A stretch of DNA of 64,000 bases from Alphaproteobacteria bacterium (GTDB lineage Bacteria > Pseudomonadota > Alphaproteobacteria > Caulobacterales > Aquidulcibacteraceae). The stretch is taken from contig JAUIJZ010000008.1 in NCBI GenBank assembly GCA_030430715.1, positions 1,450 through 65,449 of the forward strand, written 5' to 3'. Of this stretch, positions 28,771 to 38,179 are shown one piece after another. The position numbers and the translations under genes are program-made. The notes under the pieces were generated by a model that saw only the letters and a list, made by a program, of their open reading frames with translations, ran no database searches and had not been told where the DNA came from. Numbering within the stretch: the stretch's first letter is position 1; each line of letters starts with the position of its first letter.

Positions 28771-29508
28771 TCAGATCGCGTGGCCGGGGTCCATGACAAG
28801 CACCGCGCCTGAAATTGATGAGCCACCCGCGAGCAGCATCATGGCTAAGCTCCCGGCTGGCTCGGGACCGCTATAACGCGCAAGTCGCCGGGGAACGTGT
28901 TCCATCGCATCAAGCGCGGCGCGTGCGTTGCCCCGTTCGCGCACAAGATCCTGAAACAGCGGCGCATCACGCCAATATGTTGCGTTTGCCGCACCGCCGG
29001 CAATTGCGTTGACGCGGATCTGATCCGCTGTGCCGTCCTGAGCTGCGGTGTCAATGAAGCTACGCGCGTCGTCATCCATTGCGGGCAACATAAGAATAAT
29101 GGCGCCGCCTTGAGCGTTGTAGCGCATGAGCGGGGTCAGCATGTTCAAGCAAAGGCTCGCCGCGTCGAGGCTGCTTTTGGGGCGCCCCCATTGAACAAGG
29201 TCGTCAGCGCCGGGCTCGGCGGGATCGGCCGCGTTGATCACAGCCCAGTCGAGACGGCCGTAGTGCGTGCGGATAAAGTCCACAGCTTGGCGCCAGCGCT
29301 CGGCATCATTGGTATCGAAACCCAGGGTGGAGACGCGCTCGGGCGGTTCCTCGAAGCTATCGGCTATGGCGTCGAGGCCGCTTGCATCGGCGTCGGCTAA
29401 AATGAGGCCGCCTTCAGCCCTGCGTGCGATTTCGCTGGCGCTGGCGGCGCCAAGCCCGGCGGCAGCCCCGACGATCAGCGCAACGGGTTGAATGCGGTCA
29501 AAATTCAT
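28771..29508 (-). CDS. Degenerate SDR-fold protein
   Basis: VGAAAGLG, GRLDWAVINA, IRVNAI retained; no YxxxK found. Confidence 0.7.
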   Translation of the reverse strand: MNFDRIQPVALIVGAAAGLGAASASEIARRAEGGLILADADASGLDAIADSFEEPPERVSTLGFDTNDAERWRQAVDFIRTHYGRLDWAVINAADPAEPGADDLVQWGRPKSSLDAASLCLNMLTPLMRYNAQGGAIILMLPAMDDDARSFIDTAAQDGTADQIRVNAIAGGAANATYWRDAPLFQDLVRERGNARAALDAMEHVPRRLARYSGPEPAGSLAMMLLAGGSSISGAVLVMDPGHAI

Positions 29509-29584
29509 GCAGCCATCTGGCCATGAGGAAAGCACGATTTCAACGGGTCGCCAGAGCGCTCGCCGCGCGCTATATCCCGCCAGC

Positions 29585-30043
29585 ATGACCCGCTTCGCGC
29601 TGCAGTTCGGCCAGACCCAATCGGGGCTGACATATTTAGAGCGGATGTCCGCCTATGGCCTGTGTCCGCGTGGCGAGGCGCAGATCGCTGTCGCCCAGAT
29701 CGGCAAAAGCGCGCCCTACGAATACGATCTTCCGGGCGGCGGTGTCGAAACCAATGAGGATGAAGCGGCGGCGCTGATGCGCGAGTTTCTTGAAGAAACG
29801 GGGCTCACGGTGTGGCCGACGCGCGTCATTGGGCGCGCCGGCCAGTTCTGGATCAACAGGGGCGAGCCGCGAAACTCATTGTCCACATTCTACGAGGTGG
29901 AGCTCTCCGCAAACGATAGCCCGCCTAGCGAACCCGATCACGAGCTGGTTTGGATGAGTCCCGCCGAAGCTTTGGTCAAAATGCGCCATGAAGCGCATGC
30001 ATGGGCGATACTGCATTGGATGCGTGAGCGCCGCTCACGCTAA
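29585..30043 (+). CDS. NUDIX hydrolase
   Basis: Nudix box GGGVETNEDEAAALMREFLEETG. Confidence 0.92.
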   Translation: MTRFALQFGQTQSGLTYLERMSAYGLCPRGEAQIAVAQIGKSAPYEYDLPGGGVETNEDEAAALMREFLEETGLTVWPTRVIGRAGQFWINRGEPRNSLSTFYEVELSANDSPPSEPDHELVWMSPAEALVKMRHEAHAWAILHWMRERRSR

Positions 30044-30802
30044 TCAGCGTTCGCCGTAAGCAATTGGATTCAGTGCGCTGATGCGCTCAAGCAATGTCGC
30101 TTCTCGCACTTGCTGCGGTTCATAGGCTGCTACGTCGCTGATTTCACCCGGCTGCAATTCTGGCAGCTGTTCAGAGGCGAAACCGCGTACCGACAATGAG
30201 TTGGCAGTCTCAGCCGGATCATTGAGTGAGGCGGGCTCAAAGGCGCTCATGGGACCTCCCATGCCTGCGCTATCGATCAGCGCAAGCGTCACTTTTTCGT
30301 CGTCAAAAGCGTGCTCCTTGATGTCTCCGGGCGCATCGCCTCCGATCATAAGCGCTACGCCAGCCGCAACTGCACCTGCGATGCCCACGGCGATTGCCGG
30401 CTTCCGCATGGGCTCCGGCTGAGGATTGATGAAGCGATGCACCGCGCGCAGCCGCTCGGAGAGCGCGTGCCATGCGCGTCCGCCGCGTTCGCCGCGCCAT
30501 GTGGAGAAATCAATGACTGGAGCACGCCGTTGTGTTCGTGGCCAACCTGGAGCGCGTGCGATTTCCACAACGCGCTCTGGCGGTATCATATTGGCCCATT
30601 GCCGCATGTAATGCGCGTTCGGCGCATCATACGACCAGATCAGCAGCACGGCTTCGGATGCTTCACAGGCGGCGGGCAAGGCCTCAAGCGATTGGCGTCC
30701 AAACGTAATGCGCACATCGTCGCCCTCGGCGCCGAGCAGGCGTGCGAGCGTTTCCGCGATTTTCACGGCGTCATGAGTGCAGACGATGCGAATACTGTTC
30801 AT
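30044..30802 (-). CDS. Hypothetical protein with TIR-like N-terminal domain and one TM helix
   Basis: VLLIWS, IDFSTWRGE....W..L pattern; hydrophobic segment IAVGIAGAVAAGVALMI. Confidence 0.55.
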   Translation of the reverse strand: MNSIRIVCTHDAVKIAETLARLLGAEGDDVRITFGRQSLEALPAACEASEAVLLIWSYDAPNAHYMRQWANMIPPERVVEIARAPGWPRTQRRAPVIDFSTWRGERGGRAWHALSERLRAVHRFINPQPEPMRKPAIAVGIAGAVAAGVALMIGGDAPGDIKEHAFDDEKVTLALIDSAGMGGPMSAFEPASLNDPAETANSLSVRGFASEQLPELQPGEISDVAAYEPQQVREATLLERISALNPIAYGER

Positions 30803-31082
30803 ACGGATCTAACAAAAAGCCAGGCTGGCTAGCACGAGCAATGCGACAAGCAATGTCAGCATGTGCGCTTTTGTGAATAAGAGCGCTTTTGTTTCGTGGG
30901 CAAGACATGTCCCATGAAACAATGCTGCGACGAAAGCGAATTTGCCCGAAAGATTGGCGTCAATAGGGCTGGTGCGGGCGCATTACACCGTTGCAATCTT
31001 TGTTGTGAATTTCCCCCAACTTCGTATGCTTCCGACAAGCTCGCGCTGACACTTGTTGCTGCGACGGGCAGGGAGGGAGAGC

Positions 31083-31388
31083 ATGGACCTGGCAACAGTA
31101 CTTCCATACCTCGTGCAGGCGCTTGGCGGGGCAATAGGCGGCAATATTCTTGGGGCGGTTACGCGCGGCGGCGGCGGCATTGTCGGACGCACGATTATTG
31201 GCGCAGTCGGCGGTATCGGTGCTGCCTATGCTGCGGGCAGCGTAGAGGCGATTGGTTCGGCGGCATCTACGTGGAGCAATCTGATCGAGGGCGAAAACGG
31301 CGTGCATCTCGCCAACCTCATCACCGGCGCAGCGGGTGGCGGCGTGCTTGGGCTTATTGGTGGATTGTTGATCCGTCCGCGCGGCTGA
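31083..31388 (+). CDS. Small glycine-zipper membrane protein
   Basis: GGGAG RBS; repeated GxxxG motifs in hydrophobic helices. Confidence 0.75.
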   Translation: MDLATVLPYLVQALGGAIGGNILGAVTRGGGGIVGRTIIGAVGGIGAAYAAGSVEAIGSAASTWSNLIEGENGVHLANLITGAAGGGVLGLIGGLLIRPRG

Positions 31389-31391
31389 AGC

Positions 31392-32405
31392 CTATAGGTC
31401 GCGCCAGACAAGCGATAAAAATTGCGCGTCCGACCAGCGGGCAGTCTCGCTGCGCGATTGGCGCACGATAATCACGCCCGTTGACGGTGAGATGTAGAGG
31501 CGCTGTCCGCCGTCGCCAGCAGCGATGGCCAGATCGAGAGGGGCGGGAGATGACGCGCGCCACAGATCGCTGTCGAATGGCGGCGCGCTGCGGTCACGCG
31601 CAGGCACGCCGAGCCAAAGACCTATCCCAGCGCGCGGCTCGGCAAAAGTGCCAAGCATGGCTTCGCGCAATACCGCGCCATCGGCCAATTGGCGCGCGCG
31701 CCAGATGCCTTCACGCCGGATCAACTCGCCTGTTTGCGCCCATCCGCGCGCGGTTACTGCGGCGCCGTCATCAAGACGAGGCGTGCCATCGGGCATACGT
31801 GTCCATCCGATCGGCACGCAGCCAATTGGCAACAGGGTGCGTGTGGTGAGATAGCGCGCCGGATCGGGCTCGCGTCCGCTTGCCGCTAATTTACGCCGCG
31901 CGATTTCAGCGAAGATGATCGACGCTGCGGGATCGCCGGAGAAGCTTTGCCCGAGCGGCTCGGCAGGTTCCAGGGCGAGGGCGGTTGTCAGGTTGCTCGC
32001 ATCGCTGCGGCGCATGCGGATGCCGCTGGTCCCATTCAACAGCGACCGGACGGAGATCAGGCTCTTCTGTGGATGCGCGCCCCATTCGCCCAGCGTGAGC
32101 GCGACAGGCTCGTCGAGGCTCATCAGCCGGTCCCCGGCGAGAGACGCGGCCAAAAGCGGCGTGAACACGCGTGTGCCGGTGCGGATCGGCCAACGCGTAT
32201 CGGGGCCGCCCTCTAAATATTCCTCACCCAAGACGACGCCGTGGCGGGCGACCAGGAAGCTGACGCCCGCCCGCTCGGAGCTGTAACGGGCGGCTTCATA
32301 AAAGCGCGGCGTCGCCTGCGCTCGCGCGCTCCGTTGCGACGCGCTGAGCACGCTGCACGCGGCTGCGGCTGCGGCTGCGGCTGCTAAGAAAGCGCGACGA
32401 TCCAT
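31392..32405 (-). CDS. Tat-exported beta-lactamase/serine hydrolase-fold protein with altered catalytic motifs
   Basis: MDRRAFL twin-arginine signal; fold motifs LSLDEPV, VRSLL, G.GGQRLYI.P. Confidence 0.75.
   Translation of the reverse strand: MDRRAFLAAAAAAAAACSVLSASQRSARAQATPRFYEAARYSSERAGVSFLVARHGVVLGEEYLEGGPDTRWPIRTGTRVFTPLLAASLAGDRLMSLDEPVALTLGEWGAHPQKSLISVRSLLNGTSGIRMRRSDASNLTTALALEPAEPLGQSFSGDPAASIIFAEIARRKLAASGREPDPARYLTTRTLLPIGCVPIGWTRMPDGTPRLDDGAAVTARGWAQTGELIRREGIWRARQLADGAVLREAMLGTFAEPRAGIGLWLGVPARDRSAPPFDSDLWRASSPAPLDLAIAAGDGGQRLYISPSTGVIIVRQSRSETARWSDAQFLSLVWRDL
32359..32382. repeat. Hexamer tandem repeat (GCGGCT)x4 encoding a poly-Ala run in the Tat signal peptide
   Basis: Four exact copies read directly. 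Confidence 0.85.
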
Positions 32406-32477
32406 GCGACTCCCCGCGCTATTCTCGCCAAATCAGCTGGCCCGGGCAAGGCGGTGGCAGGGGCGTCGCTGCGGTAG

Positions 32478-33563
32478 TTATTTCTGCGGGGTTTGCTCGC
32501 GTCCGCCAATGTCCTCAATGGACACGCTGACTTGCATCGTATTGTCACCGCGCTGAACCGTGAGCGCGATGTTATTTCCGACACCGATACGGTCGAGCGC
32601 GCGGGTAAGGTCGGCAAGGCGGCGAACGGGTTCGCCTTCAGCCTGCACGATGACATCCCCCAACACGCCGCTCGTCGGATCTGTGCCGCGCAGACCCGCC
32701 TCCGCCGCGGCCGAGCCGTTTATGGTTTGCCAGACAAGCACGCCTTCGACTCCGAGGCGGGTGGCGACGGCTTGATCCGCCGCCATGATGCCGATGCCGG
32801 CAATTGGCGCGCGGCCGTCAGCGATCAATTGCGGCGCCACTCGCACGACCGTATCGATCGGCACAGCAAAACCGAGCCCCGCATAGGCGCCCGAAGGAGA
32901 GTAGATCGCCGTCGTTACCCCAATGACGCGTCCTGCGGAATCGAGCAATGGCCCGCCGGAATTGCCTGGATTGATCGCCGCATCGGTTTGAATGACGTCG
33001 GCGATTTCACGGCCTTGCTCAGTGGGCAATTGCCGGCCAAGGGCGCTGACAATGCCTGATGTGATGGTTCGGTCGAATCCAAACGGGTTGCCAATGGCGA
33101 ACGCCGCTTGCCCAACGCGCAAATCTGCGGACGTGCCAATCGCAAGTGGCTGAGCGTTGGGGGATCGCGAAAGGCGCAGTACGGCCAAATCGTATTGCGG
33201 CGCTTGGCCGATGATTTCCGCTGGGATGTCTTCGCCGCTGGCGAGCCGCACCGTGATGTCGCCGCCTTGCACCACATGATTGTTGGTGACGACATGGCCT
33301 GCCTCATCCCAAATGAAGCCCGTGCCCGCGCCAATTTGCTCGCCGCTCAAATTTCCTCGTCCGGCGCTGCTGATCACCAGCACGACGGATGGGGAGACCG
33401 CTTCGAAGATAGCGATGGTGGCGCGTTCGCTTTCGGCCAGCGTGCCGCGTGCGGCGATCACCTGCGGGCTCACGCCGGGTGTTTCCGGCTCGCGGCTGCA
33501 GGCGGCTATTGCGGTCAACAATACCGCGAGAAGTGTGAAACGGACGGGTCGGAGTGCGTGCAT
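32478..33563 (-). CDS. HtrA/DegP-like S1C serine protease with one PDZ domain
   Basis: TNNHV, YDLAVL, GNSGGPL triad motifs; N-terminal lipoprotein-like signal. Confidence 0.92.
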   Translation of the reverse strand: MHALRPVRFTLLAVLLTAIAACSREPETPGVSPQVIAARGTLAESERATIAIFEAVSPSVVLVISSAGRGNLSGEQIGAGTGFIWDEAGHVVTNNHVVQGGDITVRLASGEDIPAEIIGQAPQYDLAVLRLSRSPNAQPLAIGTSADLRVGQAAFAIGNPFGFDRTITSGIVSALGRQLPTEQGREIADVIQTDAAINPGNSGGPLLDSAGRVIGVTTAIYSPSGAYAGLGFAVPIDTVVRVAPQLIADGRAPIAGIGIMAADQAVATRLGVEGVLVWQTINGSAAAEAGLRGTDPTSGVLGDVIVQAEGEPVRRLADLTRALDRIGVGNNIALTVQRGDNTMQVSVSIEDIGGREQTPQK

Positions 33564-33628
33564 GAAATCCCTCGCGCCGCTTATGTAGCGTCGGCGTGGG
33601 CAAAAATCGACTACGCGAGAGGGGGCGG

Positions 33629-34909
33629 CTAGCGCGCCAAGAAGGCTTCGGGTGGCCGTGGGCCCACGCCGGACGGAACCGGGACGTCGGTTTCGTCATA
33701 ATTGGCGTTGAGAACGAGATCCGGTCCCGAGCGCACATTGATCCGCCGCGCCACGATCACCGTGTAGGCGGAGCGGTCGGCGATTGGGCGGTCCGCGTCA
33801 ACGTCGAGCACGCCATCACGCAAATAGATTGTGCCGAGCAGGTTGCGCGCATTGTTGCTGTTGATAACGAAGTGGCGAAGGTTCAGGTCGCCAGTCAGCA
33901 GCACGCGATTGGCAAAAAACAGGAAGCCCGCCATGGGCCCATCGCGCGGCGCTGTGAGGTCAATATTGCTGCGGTCGGCGAAATTCATCACAGACAAGTC
34001 GCCCACGAAATAGAAGCCGGTGTGTTGGCCGCTCAATGTGCCGCCGTTCATCACCAGAAGCGGGCCATTCTTGATGACATAGATCCCAGGATCGAGTTCT
34101 GCGGTGGCGCCGGGCAGCACGGTGATGCCGCCGCAATAGACGCCAGGCTGCAGCCTTTGGCGGCCGACGACCTGAAGGAGCAGAAGCCGATCGCAGCCGC
34201 GCGCGTCTGGTTCCTCGCGGCCAGCGAGGGGGTCGTCGATGACCGGGCAATCGGTAATCGGCTGAGGATCGAAATTTGACCCGCGGCCGTTTGCGCCGCC
34301 CGCCGAGCAGATCATGGCTGCGTTTATTTCCGAATTGTTGTCGGCGACGATGCCGCGCGGGTTCGTGGAATTCGAAACAACGGCGCAATTTGGCGCAATC
34401 ACGCGCGCTCGGTTAACAAGATTTATCGCTTGGGGCGCGCGCTCTTCAAGCGCTAGCGCGCAGAGCGGGTCGCCATTGGACAGACGCGCAACAGCGACGA
34501 CGCTGGGCGCTAACCGCCCCCCGCCTAGAAAACCCCCAAGAATTGTCGGCATGGAGCCGGATAGTTCGACGCGGACACCTTCGCGCTCGTCGAGAATGGC
34601 GCTGGAGAGCTGCAACACTTCGATGTTTTCATCGAGGTTTTGCGCCACATATTCATGCACGATCGACGATACAGTCATTTCCGACGTGGAGCGGAGCTGT
34701 AATTCGCGTGTTGCGGCTAGCGCCGCGGAATCCGCCGCCGATTGCAACGCGCCGCGGACGGATATGCCCTGAGCGAAATCTAAAGCAAGCGCGCCTCCGC
34801 CAAGCAGAAGCGGCGCGGCGCCCGCGAGCATCAGGCCCATATTGGCCTGACGCGCTCGCGTGAAGCTCAGCGTCTCGCGCAGTAACTCGGTTAAGAACTT
34901 CCTGAACAA
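33629..34909 (-). CDS. TadG-like Flp pilus-associated protein
   Basis: N-terminal Tad motif (hydrophobic helix, ALD....LQSAADSAALAA); C-terminal G/C-rich beta domain; TTG start. Confidence 0.75.
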   Translation of the reverse strand: MFRKFLTELLRETLSFTRARQANMGLMLAGAAPLLLGGGALALDFAQGISVRGALQSAADSAALAATRELQLRSTSEMTVSSIVHEYVAQNLDENIEVLQLSSAILDEREGVRVELSGSMPTILGGFLGGGRLAPSVVAVARLSNGDPLCALALEERAPQAINLVNRARVIAPNCAVVSNSTNPRGIVADNNSEINAAMICSAGGANGRGSNFDPQPITDCPVIDDPLAGREEPDARGCDRLLLLQVVGRQRLQPGVYCGGITVLPGATAELDPGIYVIKNGPLLVMNGGTLSGQHTGFYFVGDLSVMNFADRSNIDLTAPRDGPMAGFLFFANRVLLTGDLNLRHFVINSNNARNLLGTIYLRDGVLDVDADRPIADRSAYTVIVARRINVRSGPDLVLNANYDETDVPVPSGVGPRPPEAFLAR

Positions 34910-34976
34910 GCACTGCTCGTAATTTACAAATATCTAGAACCTTTCCATTACAAGCAAAGCCTTACTAAAATTGAGA

Positions 34977-37010
34977 ATGCGCGTGATTAACGTCGGTAAA
35001 GCAAAGCTTGATGAGCCGGCGCGGCGGAAGCGTTCGCTAAGCCGCAAGCTGCAGCTTGTTGTCGTTGCATCGGTGATGGCTGCCGTTGTCGTGATTGCTG
35101 TTGGCGCGTTGGCGCAACAAGCGCAGCGGCATACGCAGGCGAAGGTGTCGTATCTTCAAGCAACCGCGGCGGCGTTCGCGTCGGCGGCGTCACAATCCGT
35201 GGCGGACGGCGATCGCCGCGCCGCGCAGAACGCATTACGCGGCATAGGGCGGGCGCCTAGTCTGGTCTATGCGCGCATCGACGATGCCGGCGGCGCGCGC
35301 TTGGCGGAGATGGGGTTCGGCGTATCGCTCGACAGCGATATGCGTTTCGATGCGGAGGCAGGTGAGACTGGTTCGCTTTGGCGCGCGCTCGGCAGTGGAT
35401 CAATCGCTGTGTCCGAGCCGATCGTACAAGGTGGGGCGCCGGTCGGACGCATTACGCTGGTTGCCGATAATTCCGACCTCTGGCCGCGCTTGATCGAGAC
35501 GCTGTTGCAGACATTGCTTGGCGCGGCGGCTGCATTGATTGTCGCGGTGATAATCGCGGCGCGGCTGCAAGACTGGATCGTGCGCCCGCTCGTGCGGCTG
35601 ACGAATGTTGTGCGTGATATCTCTCGATCACATGATTACGAGACGCGCGTCGATATAGAAACGAATGATGAGGTTGGCGATCTCTGTAGCGGGTTCAACA
35701 CCATGCTCGGCGAGATACGCCAGCGCGAGCGCAAGATCATAGATCTCGCACATCATGATCCCGAAACGGATTTACCCAATCGCATCGCGTTTGAACGCGC
35801 GTTGGCGGATAGCATTGCAAAAGGTGGAAATGTACTCGTGGCTGCGGTCGGCATTGATCGCTTCCAATATGTGCGCGGTGCTATCGGCTATCATTATGCA
35901 AATGATTTGCTAGGTGAGCTGGGCGCGCGCGCTGTGATGTATGGCGGTTTTGCGGCGCGTATTTCCACGGATTCAATTGGCATCGTGGCTTCCGCTTCCA
36001 GCGATGCCGAAGCGCATGCTCTGGCGGCGGAGATCATCGCAGAGATGGAACGGCCGATGCTTCTCGGCACGAACCCGATCGAGGCGCATGTTCGTATCGG
36101 TTTTGCGCTTGCTGGGGAGGAGGCCGGGGAGCCTCAGGCTTTGATTGAACGTGCAATTATCGCGCTCGATCAGGCGCGAGCTGGGCATGGCAAGATCGCT
36201 ATGTTCGATGAGGCGCAGTATCTTGAAACCGCCAGCAATCTCTCGCTGATCACCGACATGATGCGCGCTTTGGAAAATGGCGAAATGCGCATCGTGCTTC
36301 AGCCAAAATACGATTTGCGCGCGGGGCGTGTCACTGCGGCGGAAGTGCTTGCGCGCTGGACTCATCCGGTGCGGGGCGCTGTGCGCCCTGATGTGTTCGT
36401 AAACATGGCCGAGGAAACGGGCGCCATTGGTCCGCTTACCGAATGGGTATTGCGTGCGACGATTGAAGCGCAGGACCGGATGCGGGGAATGGGCGTTGAC
36501 GTCGCCTTGGCAGTCAATTTGTCCGGACGCTTGGTGAGCGATCCCGAATTTATCGAGATTGCGCTTGCTGCACTCGCAGGCGCAGAAGGCGAGATCTATT
36601 TGGAGATTACCGAGACGGCGAGCATAGAGGATGAAGAGCTATCATTGCGTCACATCAATGCTTTGATCGCCGCTGGTGCGCATATCTCGATCGACGATTA
36701 CGGTCAGGGGCTGTCTTCGCTGGCATATCTCAAGCGAATTCCCGCCAATGAGTTGAAGATCGACAAAGCGTTTATTGAATCTCTCGCGCACTCCAAGCGT
36801 GATGCGCTTCTAGTGAAGTCCACCATCGAGTTGGCGCATTCGCTCAGCATGAAGGTGACGGCCGAGGGGGTCGAAGATGAAGTGACCCTGAATGCGCTCA
36901 AGAATATGGGGTGCGACCGCATTCAAGGCTATTATATCGGCAGGCCCATGCCTGAAGCGGAATTTGCTGAGCGCTATTCGCCTCGCCGCGCGCAAGCCGT
37001 CAGCGGCTAA
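34977..37010 (+). CDS. Membrane c-di-GMP phosphodiesterase (periplasmic sensor-HAMP-degenerate GGDEF-EAL)
   Basis: Two TMs, HAMP (DEVGDLCSGFNTML), ISTDS in place of GGDEF, EVLARW, DDYGQG, LKIDK, AEGVE. Confidence 0.88.
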   Translation: MRVINVGKAKLDEPARRKRSLSRKLQLVVVASVMAAVVVIAVGALAQQAQRHTQAKVSYLQATAAAFASAASQSVADGDRRAAQNALRGIGRAPSLVYARIDDAGGARLAEMGFGVSLDSDMRFDAEAGETGSLWRALGSGSIAVSEPIVQGGAPVGRITLVADNSDLWPRLIETLLQTLLGAAAALIVAVIIAARLQDWIVRPLVRLTNVVRDISRSHDYETRVDIETNDEVGDLCSGFNTMLGEIRQRERKIIDLAHHDPETDLPNRIAFERALADSIAKGGNVLVAAVGIDRFQYVRGAIGYHYANDLLGELGARAVMYGGFAARISTDSIGIVASASSDAEAHALAAEIIAEMERPMLLGTNPIEAHVRIGFALAGEEAGEPQALIERAIIALDQARAGHGKIAMFDEAQYLETASNLSLITDMMRALENGEMRIVLQPKYDLRAGRVTAAEVLARWTHPVRGAVRPDVFVNMAEETGAIGPLTEWVLRATIEAQDRMRGMGVDVALAVNLSGRLVSDPEFIEIALAALAGAEGEIYLEITETASIEDEELSLRHINALIAAGAHISIDDYGQGLSSLAYLKRIPANELKIDKAFIESLAHSKRDALLVKSTIELAHSLSMKVTAEGVEDEVTLNALKNMGCDRIQGYYIGRPMPEAEFAERYSPRRAQAVSG

Positions 37011-38175
37011 GTTCGCGCATCGCGCCGTCGAGCCCGGCGATGGTCAGTGGAAACATGCGTTGCGGCCCGATGATCTTCTGAATGACGCCGATTGATGGCG
37101 TGCCTTCCCAATGTGCTTCGGACGTGGGGTTGAGCCAGACCATGCGCTCATAGACGTGCGTCATGCGCTGCAGCCACAAGGCGCCGGCTTCTTCATTCCA
37201 GTGATCTACTGAACCGCCAGCGTGTGTGATTTCGTAAGGGCTCATCGTAGCGTCGCCGACGAAGACCACACGATAATCGCCGGGATATTTGTGCATGATG
37301 TCCCAGGTCATCGTGCGCTCGTTCGAGCGGCGGCGATTATCCTTCCACACGCTCTCATAGAGGCAGTTGTGGAAGTAGAAGAATTCAAGGTGCTTGAATT
37401 CGGTGCGCGCCGCGGAGAACAATTCCTGGCAAAGCTCGATATGGCTATCCATGGATCCGCCGACATCGAGCAGGAGCAACACCTTCACCGCATTGCGCCG
37501 CTCAGGGCGCAGTACGATATCGAGATAGCCTTCGCGGGCGGACTTCGCGATGGTGCCGTCGAGATCGAGTTCGTCCGGTGCGCCGGCGCGCGCGAACTTG
37601 CGCAGGCGCCGTAACGCGACCTTGATGTTGCGCACGCCAAGCTCAACGGAATCGTCGAGGTTCTTGTATTCGCGCTTGTCCCACACTTTGACGGCGCGAC
37701 CGTGCCGGCCTTTGCCGCCGATGCGAATGCCCTCGGGATTATAGCCGCTATGGCCGAAGGGCGAGGTGCCGCCGGTGCCGATCCATTTATTGCCGCCTTC
37801 GTGGCGCGCCTTCTGTTCTTCGAGCCGCTCTTTGAGCGTCTCCATCAGCTTCTCCCAGCCGCCGAGCGCTTCGATCTTGGCTTTCTCTTCCTCGCTGAGG
37901 AAGCGTTCTGTCAGCGCCTTGAGCCATTCTTCCGGGATGTCGGCTTCTATCGCTTCGCCCGTGTTTTCGATGCCCTTGAAGACGTGGCCGAACACGCGAT
38001 CGAATTTGTCGAGGTGCCGCTCATCTTTCACCAGCGCCGCGCGTGAAAGATAATAAAAGTCGGTGACATTCGAAGGGATGGCGTCTTTCTCCAACGCCTC
38101 GATCAGCATCAAATATTCTTTGAGGCTAACGGGCACGCGCGCGGCGCGGAGTTCGGTGAAGAAGCGCTGGAACAT
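37000..38175 (-). CDS. VWA domain protein (CoxE-like)
   Basis: DVGGSMD MIDAS motif, FYFHNC, VGDATMSPYE. Confidence 0.9.
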   Translation of the reverse strand: MFQRFFTELRAARVPVSLKEYLMLIEALEKDAIPSNVTDFYYLSRAALVKDERHLDKFDRVFGHVFKGIENTGEAIEADIPEEWLKALTERFLSEEEKAKIEALGGWEKLMETLKERLEEQKARHEGGNKWIGTGGTSPFGHSGYNPEGIRIGGKGRHGRAVKVWDKREYKNLDDSVELGVRNIKVALRRLRKFARAGAPDELDLDGTIAKSAREGYLDIVLRPERRNAVKVLLLLDVGGSMDSHIELCQELFSAARTEFKHLEFFYFHNCLYESVWKDNRRRSNERTMTWDIMHKYPGDYRVVFVGDATMSPYEITHAGGSVDHWNEEAGALWLQRMTHVYERMVWLNPTSEAHWEGTPSIGVIQKIIGPQRMFPLTIAGLDGAMRELSR

Positions 38176-38179
38176 GCGG

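Noticed and set aside
30044-30802. Thoeris-type anti-phage system
   Set aside because: No SIR2/Macro or other effector partner nearby and the TIR catalytic Glu is not evident
30896-31471. Alternative 191 aa ORF overlapping the glycine-zipper gene
   Set aside because: Different frame with no coding signature; the 31083 ORF has a clear RBS and coherent TM helices
34977-37010. Degenerate GGDEF domain fused to EAL
   Set aside because: Very common architecture; not novel in itself
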